64,000 bases of DNA from a virus (IMGVR_UViG_3300023048_000001:96001-160000); one strand, 5' to 3'. Positions 30,622-41,948 are shown, counted from the stretch's first letter. Translations and numbers: made by a program. The notes: a model not told the origin generated them from the letters alone.

Positions 30622-31140
30622 AAAATTTATTTTCTCGATCACCCGTTTAACACCCCGAATCTGCGTATCATAGGCCTCCACCAACAAGGTATCCCATCTA
30701 ACACACCTTACCTGAACGGTTACTGAACCAATTGTTAAGAATGTTAAAACTTCGTTATCTTTAAAATGAATGGAACCTGAACCGTGGCTGAACGATGCCA
30801 GAACCGGTTTCATCTTAAAGATATACACAATCATCTTTAAAGTATTCGATGAATGCAACGTTCATCTTAAAACATAAGTGTAGTTTTTCCCCTTGCGAGC
30901 AAAGAATCATCCTAATAGTGATGTATCGCATAGGGCAGAATGACACCAATCACTTACTCAATCATACCAATCCCTATAAAACAGTGGGATATCGTGGACT
31001 GCAACGGTCTATACGATAGGGTTAAGTGTGTTTTATCCCCTTACAAGCAAAGAATCTATACAATCATTCATCATAAAAATGATGTATCGCATAGGGGAAA
31101 AGTACACTAAGTCTCTTTAAACATAAACAAACCCTGACCA

Positions 31141-31166
31141 AATTAAGTCCTTACGCTTGCGTAACC
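31141..31166 (+). repeat. Repeat B copy 4
   Basis: AATTAAGTCC-TTACGC-TT-GCGTAA-CC. Confidence 0.8.
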
Positions 31167-31582
31167 ATAGGACATGTGTTAGTATATACATACTGAAACC
31201 GTTGGGAGACAACGACTGTAGATATTTTTAAATGAAAAATTAGCCAAAAGGTTATAAATTTTCAGAAAAAATGTAATCGCGATGCACGGGAAGTACCCTT
31301 GAAAGTAATCATCATATAACACAATTACTTACCCGTTTCCGCACCCTTCTGCACCACCCATTCCCACTATTTTCCACCTATTCCCATTAATATTCTATTG
31401 AATTATTTCTTCAATAGAATCAATGACTTATAACTGTACAAATGTATGGTCTGTAAGTGCTTGTAAACACTACAAAATATTAGTGTTTCTAATTACCTTT
31501 TGAGTGCACGTAACCTCGTTCCTATGGGAACGAGGAATCATGGCGTTGAGCCTTGTAACCTCGTACCTAACCTATGTCTAGA

Positions 31583-34500
31583 TTAACTCCAAGCTAATAC
31601 CTGATCTACAGTAGTAGCATGTTTAGTAATGAACTTAAAAGGGAATCTAGCATCAGGGCTATTGTCTTCTACCTTCTGTTTAGTCCATAGGAGTTTAACA
31701 CGTCCTAGGTTAGGCATGGCATAACTAAGTTCACTGGTGGAATATACACGTACTTCATCACTAGGGAATGCATTAGCGAAATCTAATCTGAACTTAGGAT
31801 CATTGAGTTCTTCTTTGGTAATATCTTCCATCCCATTGAAGTCTTGTGGCTTCATGAGTGACCAAGGGAATTCCATCTTCTCGTGTTTATGATTAGCTTT
31901 GACGGTAGCTTTACGTACTGCGATATAGTGAGTGTTCATAGGTTATCCGTTCTTAGATTTAGCTATGGATTTAAATTGTTCAGGATTGAACAGGGTGATG
32001 TATCGTGGGTAGTGAATAGGATACTCGCTATTACGGATTATCTTATTCCATGCTTTGGTGTATTCATCTTTAGTCATGTTAGGCTCCCCATTGGGTATCT
32101 TTCCATTCATCTAGTTTCCTTGCATCATAGGCATTATTGAGTAGTTTCTTATAACGTCTAGCCATACTCTCATGGGTGATGACAAGCATGAGAGGTTCGA
32201 TATCTCTTACTTCATCGGGTTCCATACCGAGTTCTAGTTCATCTTTAGTGAGTGCTAGTTTATATCCGAATGTTCCATCAGGATACTGGATAGTCCAGAG
32301 GTAAGCAATAGGTTGGATGTTACTCATAGGGAAAGGATGCCTCTGTATATTAGAAAACCCATAACGAGTATGAGTATTAATGGGAAGATGGTTCTTAGTA
32401 CATCCCATAGGAAGTTGATTACTACCAACAGGGATAGGTATGTTATGAGCAGGATTTGATCAAAGAGGGATAGTTTCTTACTCATAGGATTATCTTAGTG
32501 GAATAGGTGTATGTACTTTATGTTCATCGGGAATAAGTAGGATATGTCTGCCTTTAGCATCATCCATCTTATGTAACAGATGTGTTCCTTGGTATCCCAT
32601 CTTGATCAGTTCAGCCTTCATGTATTCATACTCATAGGAGAATATGCCATAGGGATGATCATACAGGCGATTATTGATAAATGCATCATCTTGCTCTTTG
32701 GAGTAGCTAACCTCTACGGTATTCACTTGAACATGCCTATGTCTTCAAGCTTCTCTACATATAGATTAAAGATGTTCCCATAGATGCGTTCTAGCCATTT
32801 GAAGAGGCTGCTTAACATAGGGATAGGAAGACAGAAGGCAAGGATGATGATCAATGCAATGATCTGTAGGAGTTTTAATGTCTTATTCATTAGTATATCT
32901 CGGGAGATGTTCCTGTTTCATCTTCATAGTGAAGTTTGGCTCTGGCTGAGTAGTATTGAATTTCACCGCATTTTGTACATTTCATTCTATGCAGGTCTAT
33001 GTCCTCAAGGGTTGACCTGACACCATACTCAGTTGAGGTATATGTCTCACCCGTGTAGAAATTCTCATGGGTCACTTCCTTAGTGAATGAGGTCTGATGT
33101 GTGCAGTTATTCATAGACCGCTCTTAGTGAATAGATCAAGAATGTCATCTAGTGCTTCATCACTCAGGCGTTCGGCTTGATACTTCTCCTTCCAGTATTT
33201 CTTAAGGAATTCCTTTTCAGCTACAAGGAATTTCAGCGTGCTGACGACATCTGCATGATCTTCATAGGATACATAAGGTCCATTCTTGGTTTCATGTCTC
33301 TCTATTGCCTCACAACCACACTGACATGTCTCAAAGGTGTAACGTTTAATATCAGTCATGACTTCTTCCTGTTTCTGGTGGATAGACGCTTGAGCATAGC
33401 AATTTCATCGTCATCATCTTCACAGGTGATAGGTGGTATGCGTTGGGTTGTATCTTCCTCTTCATCCCACATGATGTTCTTGAAGTCATCCTCATAAACC
33501 TTGGGTGCGAGTTCTCTTGTGCTAAACAACTTCTCAAGGTAGTTATCTACCATTGAGTTTAGACTATAGGTTACTACAGTTTCAATTCGCACTACCTTGA
33601 CTTCATAGCCCTTGACTATGAATTCTTTAATTTTTTTCTTGAAGTTTTCTGGTGATATACCATTAGGTGGCACTGACTCGACTGTCCAATTGGCAGAACT
33701 ATTATGTCTGTACCAGATAGATAGCTTGTTCATGTCTATTTTTGTTTTATTCATAGGAATCTCTTAATGTATTAGGTTACACATGGCTACTACAATCATG
33801 ATGAAGATGAACGTAGCTACCAGTACCATAAAGCCATAGGCTGCAATGACGAACATAAACTCAAGGGCCATCATAAGCAGCAGTAACGGTGATAGTAATA
33901 AACGTAGAAAGGTCTGGAAGATCATTTGTAATCCAAGATGATGAAGCATGCAACGATAATGACTAGCATGAGGACAGGTAGCCATTCCTCTAGTTTAAGG
34001 ATGAATCTTAATAGGTAATTCATAGGAAGAAAGATAGAATCTGAATGGTTAGGTCAACTAATAAGACAACCACATCAAAGTAATTATCAATGAAACGTCT
34101 TAGTCTTTGCATGGCTTTTTATTTCTTTTTAATCCAACGGGTAGACTCATCAGCAATGGTCAACAGGACTGCCATGAGTGCCATGAATACCTCATCTACT
34201 ACTGCAAAGACGATTGCGATAGCTTTGAAGATCAACCACAAAGGAGTCACCATCAAAAGAAATGGTGTGATGAAGATAAGGACAATGATGTCCACGAAAT
34301 AACTGAGCAATTTAAGTGTGATTTCCATAATTATTCTCCGATCTTATATTCATGGGTCAGCTTCGACTCATGTTTAACAGGAATAATTTCGTATTTAATT
34401 AATATTTCACCATCACCGAACTTATAATCGACGCTATTGATTGCCTGAATATAGGCAATTACATCTTCAATTTTTGAATCCCAAAAACCATTAACATCCT

Positions 34501-36214
34501 CCCAAGCTTTGGTAGTTAAGATGTTTAAACCATTAGACTTTGTACTGTATTTTCCCGACTTAACAATAGCGTAACGGACAACTCCATTTGAATTAAGATC
34601 GATGTTTTCAGTATGTTCTACTAATTCATTATGTTCTACTGATTCAATGGCTTTTGTTCTAGATTTAATTCCAAGCATAATTAATTTTCCGTTGTAATGG
34701 TGATGTATGGGTATGGCTTTTCAGCATAAACTTTGTCTGTAGACACGAAAATACTAAGAACATATCCACTAGCATACATGTGAATATTGTAACCTTCATC
34801 CTCTAATTTTTGATAAAGATATTGAAAGAAATACCATGAATATCTGGTGTACACGAAATTGAAACCTACATATCCATAAGGCTGTATGTTCTCCATGGCC
34901 TGCTTGTATGGTGGTGTCATTCCATCATCAATGAAGCGAAAATCTTCCCAATCCAAGTTATTATCGATATCAACCCCACCAAAAGGCGTTATAAGCGCTC
35001 CACGGAGCCCTGTAGGGCCATGGGTGACCACTGATGTCAGATAGGTTCGGATCGCTTTAGAAAAGCCCTCAAGAGCTTTCTGTGAGCGAGAGCTTCGCTT
35101 ATACCAAGCGAAGAAAATATCTCTAATGTAGTTCCTCATCTGCGTCTCCTATTTTTACGACTGTTGAGTTTATTGATAAGTTCGATTTGCTTCTTACGAA
35201 GCGCCTCTACTTCAATAATTAAATCTAGAATTTGCTTCTTGTGGCGTAGACGTGTTAATGGTTTTAGAAATATACAAGTAATTCCTAAAATTATTGTAAT
35301 AATTGAAATAATTGTCATCATAATTATCGATATACCGGAGTATCACCGTTAAATAACTTAGGAGCTTTAACCAAAATCATCTTAGTTGGTGCAAATATAA
35401 CTGGTTTGGCACGATATCCTTTATGTTTAATCGACCCAATAAGTCCACGCAGATGATCACTCTTGATATCTTTGTAATTAAATATAAATTGATACACCCC
35501 TTTAACATAAGAAACTTCAAATGCTATATTATTAATCGTTTGAACTGACCATACCGGACCAGTATTAGTGCCAGCCTTGATGGCACCATCAATAATATCA
35601 ACAATTTGAATACTGTTAAAAGAATTAAATATAATTTCTTCTGATCGTTCAATAACTTTATTAATAAATTTTTCGACTTTATCAAAAAACTCATTAAAAT
35701 TAAAATTATTCCAGTTATTGTAACAAAATAAGTCCTTTAATCCCTTGTATTCTACATTAAATAGATATGGTAAAGCCTCATATTCAGAATAACTACCATG
35801 TGACGATTCAGGTAGGTTAAATACAGTATTGTTATACCAACTAATAATAGAATGTTTAGCGTAATTAACAACTTCGATAGGAGGATGGTATCCATGGTGA
35901 TGTGAAGAATCAATAGAAAATCTATTGGAGCCATTTTTACCATGACCACTAGAAATAGCGATCTGAAAATCACCAATATTACCCGCATTAATTACATCTT
36001 CAAGAAAAGATTCTCTGATAGTGGAAAATAACCCTGAGTATGTACTACCTGTTGGGCTGGGTATCGCGTGTCTGCCGGGAATACAATTCAAGGCCTGCAT
36101 TTCTTTAATCTTACTATCTGCAATGGCAGAGCCATGGACACGTAAAACATCGAGGACCATCCTCAGGTTATTTTGCTGATATGGGCTTAAAACATTTCTA
36201 ATGTATGGATGCAT
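31583..36214 (-). other. Array of hypothetical genes: 31583-31939, 32079-32327, 32490-32726, 32890-33114, 33111-33359, 33356-33754, 34119-34328, 34331-34678, 34681-35139, 35136-35321, 35324-36214
   Basis: Contiguous, often overlapping minus-strand ORFs. Confidence 0.7.
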
Positions 36215-36266
36215 ATTGATCCTCCTATAAAAGACACATGGTCTATTTTTTAATTCTTTTAGTCAA

Positions 36267-36608
36267 CTAGGGGATAATGTCCAACTCATCTGAGTCTGAC
36301 AAAGAATCGTAAAGGTCTGGATCAATGTTGATGCACCCATTAGTGACATGCCTACGCTGTTCTGGATCATCTGAAAACAGACGCTCTAGCCTCTTCTCAC
36401 TTGGCTTCAAGAGCCACACTCGGTGGATAGCTAGAATTGTTTTAGCATTTTCCGAGAACATTAAAACATCACCACCGTAACCCGGTAGGTCTGTATCTGC
36501 TCTAGTAACTTTAAAAGTACCTACGGGTGTCGCATCACCGACCAGTGCCGGAAAGCATTGGCTAGCAACACATAGAAGAGCTTTAGATAGAAACACAGTA
36601 ATTGTCAT
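36267..36608 (-). CDS. L,D-transpeptidase catalytic domain protein (YkuD-like)
   Basis: ALVG..TP.G.F, AIHRVW and TNGCIN catalytic His/Cys motifs. Confidence 0.8.
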   Translation of the reverse strand: MTITVFLSKALLCVASQCFPALVGDATPVGTFKVTRADTDLPGYGGDVLMFSENAKTILAIHRVWLLKPSEKRLERLFSDDPEQRRHVTNGCINIDPDLYDSLSDSDELDIIP

Positions 36609-36669
36609 GACCTAGACCCTGAAATAAGAAGCCCGCCAATTGGCGGGCTTCTGTTTAGATTAAAATGTA

Positions 36670-38049
36670 TTACTGGCCGATACGCTTGCGGATAACTGTC
36701 TTGGGACCATTGTCCACTATGACATGTACCGTTTCACGCTGAAGGGGACCAAGATCGCAGTCATGAAGCTGGATGCTGGTGACAAGCTGGTTCATCGATG
36801 CGGAAGCACCACCGCCAAGCTGTCCAGATGCGCCACCATTGCCATTTCCACCCATGGCGAAGTTGCGAGCGCCAGACACGCTAACCACTGTGGAGGTAAG
36901 TACAGGCTGAGTACCGATCAGATGATAGCTGCCATCAGGAAGAAGGAACTTCTTATAGAAGACCTGTTCACCATGGCTATCAATTTCAGGTGCCAGAGTA
37001 TCCGTGGTTCCCTGCTCGATACGCTTAGTCTTAAAGAAGCCGAAGTAGGTACCCTGAATCGGGGTCTTCACTACAACCTGACGTGGACCGCATGCCAAGG
37101 TTTCCTTGATGATCTGACCTGCGAAAGTCTGCGACGCTGGGGTCTGCGGAACGATGGCAGGAATGAAGATGGTCTTGTCGCTGTAGCTATTGCTAGAACG
37201 ATCCGAAGCATCGACACTTACATCCGATCCCGAGCGAGTGTTTGCACTCTGACCATTCGTGCTGCTGGTCGTGCTTGACTGGCCCTGACCAACGGTGTTT
37301 GCAGAACTCTGTCCATTGGACTGGTTTCCACCTTTAACCGTATTAGCTGAGGACTGACCATTCGCATTGGTGGAAGACTGGCCGTTGGTGTTCGCATTAC
37401 CGTTGGTATTAGCGGACGACTGACCCTGACCTTGGCCCTGACCCTGTGCAGCAGTGGAAGTGCCACCAGTTGCGTTACCACCGGCACCGCCAGCACCACC
37501 GTTTGCCGATGTGTTACCAACTGAGCCACCAGTACCACCATTAGCGGTATTGGTTGCAGTATTCGAACCGTTGGTCAGTGTATTACCACCGCTGGTTGAA
37601 CCGCCGAGAATGTTACCACCACTATTCGAACCGCTGGTAGTGGTATTGCCGCCATTGCTGGCAGATGTATTACCTACCGATGACTTGTTGTCGTTGTTGG
37701 AGAGGTTACCCGTTGCAGATGTATTGCCAACAGAACCACCTGTAGCACCGCTGGTGGTGTTTCCACCACTGATGGTACCCGTTGTTGTATTGGTGGCGTT
37801 CTGCGTCGTCTGCGTCTTGTTATCGAAAGACGGATCGATGGTTGTACCCGAGGCAATCGAGTTGGATGAGTTACCAGCCTGACTTGCATTGCTCTGTGAG
37901 CCATCTGCTGTCGATCCGTTACTCACATCACCCATGCTCTGAGTGCTGGTAGTGCAACTGGTGGTTCCCGCAGGACATGGAGGAACGGTCTGTGCCTGTA
38001 CGGACATCATGCCCGTGGAAAGCAATAGTGCTGCCAAAAACTTATTCAT
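36670..38049 (-). CDS. secreted Gly/Ser/Asn/Thr-rich low-complexity protein
   Basis: Signal peptide MNKFLAALLL..QA; ~250-aa GGN/TS/NGQSS repeats; globular C-terminus. Confidence 0.75.
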   Translation of the reverse strand: MNKFLAALLLSTGMMSVQAQTVPPCPAGTTSCTTSTQSMGDVSNGSTADGSQSNASQAGNSSNSIASGTTIDPSFDNKTQTTQNATNTTTGTISGGNTTSGATGGSVGNTSATGNLSNNDNKSSVGNTSASNGGNTTTSGSNSGGNILGGSTSGGNTLTNGSNTATNTANGGTGGSVGNTSANGGAGGAGGNATGGTSTAAQGQGQGQGQSSANTNGNANTNGQSSTNANGQSSANTVKGGNQSNGQSSANTVGQGQSSTTSSTNGQSANTRSGSDVSVDASDRSSNSYSDKTIFIPAIVPQTPASQTFAGQIIKETLACGPRQVVVKTPIQGTYFGFFKTKRIEQGTTDTLAPEIDSHGEQVFYKKFLLPDGSYHLIGTQPVLTSTVVSVSGARNFAMGGNGNGGASGQLGGGASASMNQLVTSIQLHDCDLGPLQRETVHVIVDNGPKTVIRKRIGQ

Positions 38050-38261
38050 TTAAAATTCCCTGTTTTGTTGTGAGTGGTAACAGGTGCGGATGTTAGGGTT
38101 GTTAATACCTTCTGTCAAGCCTTTTCGGCCAGCATATTCATTATCGGAAATAATAAAAGAAAACCCGCCGAAGCGGGTTATTCTTAATATATACGGTAGT
38201 TGCCAAATATGGGTCGCAGACTTATTCCTCTCATCCTTGCGGTGTGAGACTACCGCAATTT

Positions 38262-39280
38262 TTAATGCTTAACTGAATTGTAGTAATCTTTAGAAAAACT
38301 GGATTCAATTGATGCTGGAACATAAACTTGTGTGCATGATTCCTTCCAGAAACCTTCACATGCCTTTGATGCGCGATAGTGTTGGACACCATTAAGGACA
38401 TCACTGGCAATAGTGATAAGAAGAATGATAATAATAAAATTATACAGGCTCTTGCGCATCGGGAAAGTCTTTGACTTCTCTGGTACAACTTCTGGTTCTG
38501 GTGTTGACATTTAAAATATTCCTTGTTGAAATTCTTATTGAAATTCTTATTGAAATTCTTATTGAATGAAGGCCGTCACTAGGACGGCCTTTCATCAATC
38601 TATTACGTGTCGCGAACCTCTGATTTCATCCACATATCCTACAGTGAGCTTATATATTCCTTGCTCTACAACTACCTGTCCAAAGGGACTCCGGTCGTTC
38701 TTCTTGTATAACGTAACGTGACTATCATATAGAAACTCTTCGGTATCAAGATCAAGTGCATTAAGAATGCGGTGGCTCAACTGCATATTAACTCCGATTG
38801 TGAAATGGTGTTCTATTTATTACTTCTTCTTTTTTGAACCCTTTCGCCAATCAACTCGGACATGACTGACCGGCTTGCTGGACTTAACAATAATGTTGCC
38901 CTTCTCATCGCAGATATAGCAATCCGTGCGATCTGCGTCCTTCACCAGTTCGGTGTGGAACTCAAGTGCCGTAAGCTTACGGCCACCTTCGCGAACGTCA
39001 TATACTGGACGCTTTGGGTTGAATGAATAAACATTGCCAGCATTATAAAAATCGTACTTCATATTTCAATATTTCCTTAACGGATAACGGTTTGGGTAAT
39101 GTGACTTTCTTTGTTGAAAGTCGCTGCTAAATCGAACTGATGGCATTGAAAGCCAGCATTTGTTTTCAGTTCGATAAACTTTTGCATTCCTTCGGAATCA
39201 TTCTCTCCGAAGGTTTGCGTTGTATTTAAAAGGCCGGACTTAGTGTTGCTACGTGTTACTAAGATTAGATACTTATCCAT
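38262..39280 (-). other. Small hypothetical genes: 38262-38510, 38595-38786, 38820-39062, 39077-39280
   Basis: ORFs with SD sites. Confidence 0.7.
38526..38566. repeat. 12-bp tandem repeat (TTGAAATTCTTA) x3.4
   Basis: Read directly from the sequence. Confidence 0.9.
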
Positions 39281-39856
39281 TTAAGTTTCCCTGTAGAATA
39301 CATGTCTTCCAATATGAGCTACTTCTTGTAAGCCCCTTTTGGTCCACCCGGCATTGACACCGGACAAGTGGAATGATACGGCTTGTGGAATCCAGTTGTC
39401 AATCTTTTTATTCAAAATTGATTCTGCAATCCTCAATGACTCAGCGTAATTTTCATTACTTATTTGAGCATTTAATTTCTTATCACCACCAGAACAATAC
39501 CATGAGAATTGGCAAAACTTCTTGCCATCCTTCATCGTCTGCTGCTTTATAACTTTGCAGATAGATGATGGGTATTTCTTATTAGTAGTTCGGTTTAAAA
39601 TAACGAAGCCAACTGCTTCTTTACCTCTTACCGATTCACTTCCAGCTTCATAATAGATGCCTTTAGCCAAACAATTTACGTCTTGAGGTAGAAGTATATG
39701 CTCTTGACGAAATAATACAACAGGGTCATTGTGTATAATGAATTTGGCATCCAACACTATGATTGGCTTAGTTGATACTTCGGTTTTAATTGGTTGAACG
39801 CTACAACTACTTATCAATAAGCAGACTGCAACGATTACTGCGATACACTGTCTCAT
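39281..39856 (-). CDS. cell wall hydrolase (SleB family), probable lipoprotein
   Basis: LLISSC lipobox; CLAKGIYYEAGSE, YPSSICKV, CQFSW and GRHVFY motifs. Confidence 0.85.
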   Translation of the reverse strand: MRQCIAVIVAVCLLISSCSVQPIKTEVSTKPIIVLDAKFIIHNDPVVLFRQEHILLPQDVNCLAKGIYYEAGSESVRGKEAVGFVILNRTTNKKYPSSICKVIKQQTMKDGKKFCQFSWYCSGGDKKLNAQISNENYAESLRIAESILNKKIDNWIPQAVSFHLSGVNAGWTKRGLQEVAHIGRHVFYRET

Positions 39857-40116
39857 CGTTATGATCCTATATTTAATTTTGGTTGTGTGACTTTCGTTTT
39901 GATGTTGTGAATTTTAAACAAAAAAAGGCCGATCTAAGCGTTAACCTAGATCGGCCTAACTTGTGCTATTTCATTACCCGATAGTAGCTTCTACGTGATA
40001 GTGGAATTAGATATCCTTCCATTTCTCAAGCCATTAAACACAATGGCTGGCACTTAATTGTTACAGATTTATATCATGATCCTTATATTTAGGTCAAGAA
40101 ATTAACCGTGCAATAG

Positions 40117-40124
40117 TATTTATA
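40117..40124 (-). promoter_or_regulatory. T4-type late promoter motif TATAAATA
   Basis: Exact match in an intergenic position upstream of the hydrolase unit. Confidence 0.55.
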
Positions 40125-40130
40125 ATTAAA

Positions 40131-40451
40131 TTATATTTTATTAAAGGCTACCTGACCATCAGCAAAGACTCTGCATTGAGATTCTTCTAAATTATAAATT
40201 TTTAGTATAAAACCTATTTTATTAAATTCTTTCAATAATTCAGGATTACAAAACCTGTTGAAGTCCATCATAGAGTACCAACCCCACATCTTATTCTTAA
40301 TGAATAAGGAGTTAGCCATTCCTGCGAACCCTCTCCCGTGATCAATATGAAAGCCTAACTGCTGGCGTAACTCAACATCCGTATCGTCAGAATTTATGTG
40401 CATGAACGGACCCAGCCCCGAGTCTATATGCTCTAATCTATAAATGTTCAT
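40131..40451 (-). CDS. YRxE..GPF family hypothetical protein
   Basis: IYRLEH..SGLGPF...QVAF. Confidence 0.7.
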   Translation of the reverse strand: MNIYRLEHIDSGLGPFMHINSDDTDVELRQQLGFHIDHGRGFAGMANSLFIKNKMWGWYSMMDFNRFCNPELLKEFNKIGFILKIYNLEESQCRVFADGQVAFNKI

Positions 40452-40732
40452 TAGAATTCTTTAGGATAATGGAATGTCTTACAGTTCTTATAAGAATCCT
40501 GTGGTGTATCGCCACCATACCATTTATCGTTAAACCTTGTGTACCACTTGTCAGTTGGCTTGCCATCCCATTTGGTCTTGCTGATACGTGGCTTCTCATC
40601 AGTCGTGAATGGCACTAGACGTGATTCATCAGGCATCATGGGGATGATATGATCATCATTGACGGTCATTGGAATGACCTTAGTATCAGTAATGGCATCA
40701 GCCCATTTGTTTAAGAAGTCTTTGATACTCAT
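40451..40732 (-). CDS. hypothetical protein
   Basis: ORF translationally coupled to neighbour. Confidence 0.7.
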   Translation of the reverse strand: MSIKDFLNKWADAITDTKVIPMTVNDDHIIPMMPDESRLVPFTTDEKPRISKTKWDGKPTDKWYTRFNDKWYGGDTPQDSYKNCKTFHYPKEF

Positions 40733-40741
40733 ACTCGCACC

Positions 40742-41107
40742 TTATAGTAAACGTACACTTTTCAGAGTTCTAAAACTATTCGTTCGTTCGAAAGCTATCT
40801 GGTTATCAATAAAAATATAACAGTTGGTTTTTACGTTATATCGCTTAATGACAAATCCTAAATCAATTAGTTTTCTTTTTAATTTATTTGAACAAAATTT
40901 ATCAAATAGTTTTCGTGATGTCCAACCATATATCCATTGCTGCTTACACATTTTTCTAAAGGTCTTGGCATCAATCATATCTGAGGGGTCTTTGTGGTAT
41001 GCCAACTGCATACATTCAGATAATTGATCACCATTGTGACGATGTTCAAATGGACCCATACCAGATTTTTTATGTTCAATTCTATAAGCGAACATGATTA
41101 TAGCCAA
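40742..41107 (-). CDS. YRxE..GPF family hypothetical protein
   Basis: AYRIEH..SGMGPF...QIAF. Confidence 0.7.
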   Translation of the reverse strand: MAIIMFAYRIEHKKSGMGPFEHRHNGDQLSECMQLAYHKDPSDMIDAKTFRKMCKQQWIYGWTSRKLFDKFCSNKLKRKLIDLGFVIKRYNVKTNCYIFIDNQIAFERTNSFRTLKSVRLL

Positions 41108-41533
41108 ATTATTATGGATGAGAAATATTATCAGTTATTACTAGAAATATCAACCCGACCTTAACATTATTTTGAATTCCAGAAATGAAAAAAGGTGGAG
41201 CAATGCTCACACCTTTTCAAGTTCAATTAACTTTTCTACTGCTTGAACAAGTCGCTGCTTGTCCTCTTCTGTCCAACGCCATAACTCTTCGTTACCGGGT
41301 CTACAGTAACACTTATCACCCATACAAGCATGAAGTTTTGATGTAATTTCTTCCATGATATTCCTGTTTTCTCTATTCACATATTTATTATGGTTTAACC
41401 TGTAGCCAACAACGACATAAGCTAAAAACCTGTCTCTGAAATTGCATTCTAACATCATGAGTGATGTCTATAGTTCCTCGGCTCTCTATTCCGCTGCGTA
41501 ATCGCACTGCTTGAATAGCGCTGTAAACCTATT

Positions 41534-41610
41534 TGGTATCGCTGACGGGATTCGAACCCGCATTATCTAGAATGAGAATCTAGTGTCCTGACCAGTTAGA
41601 CGACATCGAT
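41534..41610 (-). tRNA. tRNA-Glu(CTC)
   Basis: Cloverleaf, CTAGA-TTCTCAT-TCTAG, CCA; one acceptor mismatch. Confidence 0.85.
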
Positions 41611-41614
41611 ATAA

Positions 41615-41923
41615 TTATTTATTTAACAAACGATCAATGAATTTATTTGCTAGTAGCTCATGAATCTCTTCATAAGGATGAAAGACAACGGCTACAACCC
41701 AACGCTCATTTAGATTTGTTTTCTTGTTGTAAACTACAGCCTGTATGTAACAGGAATCATGTTTACGATATATGTTATCTACTTCACATGCTTCAAGGAG
41801 GTAATTGTCACTCCAACGCTTAATAAATTCGATTTCAAGAATATCTTCAATCTTTTCCACTGAAATATCAATGGGATCACCATCGACAAAACCGGGTATA
41901 TGCTGTAGTACGCGAATGCTCAT
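41615..41923 (-). CDS. hypothetical protein
   Basis: ORF with AGGA SD. Confidence 0.7.
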   Translation of the reverse strand: MSIRVLQHIPGFVDGDPIDISVEKIEDILEIEFIKRWSDNYLLEACEVDNIYRKHDSCYIQAVVYNKKTNLNERWVVAVVFHPYEEIHELLANKFIDRLLNK

Positions 41924-41948
41924 ACACTTCCTATTGATTTAAATTTAT

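Larger units (their letters stand above)
30482..31582. other. ~1.1 kb non-coding region; candidate origin or genome-end junction
   Basis: No credible ORF; 11-bp-spaced CTGAAC repeats, IHF-consensus site at 31418-31430, hairpins, strand-skew switch. Confidence 0.45.

Noticed and set aside
30586-30858. 90-aa ORF in the non-coding block
   Set aside because: It runs through repeat arrays, has no SD, and has no recognisable protein pattern.
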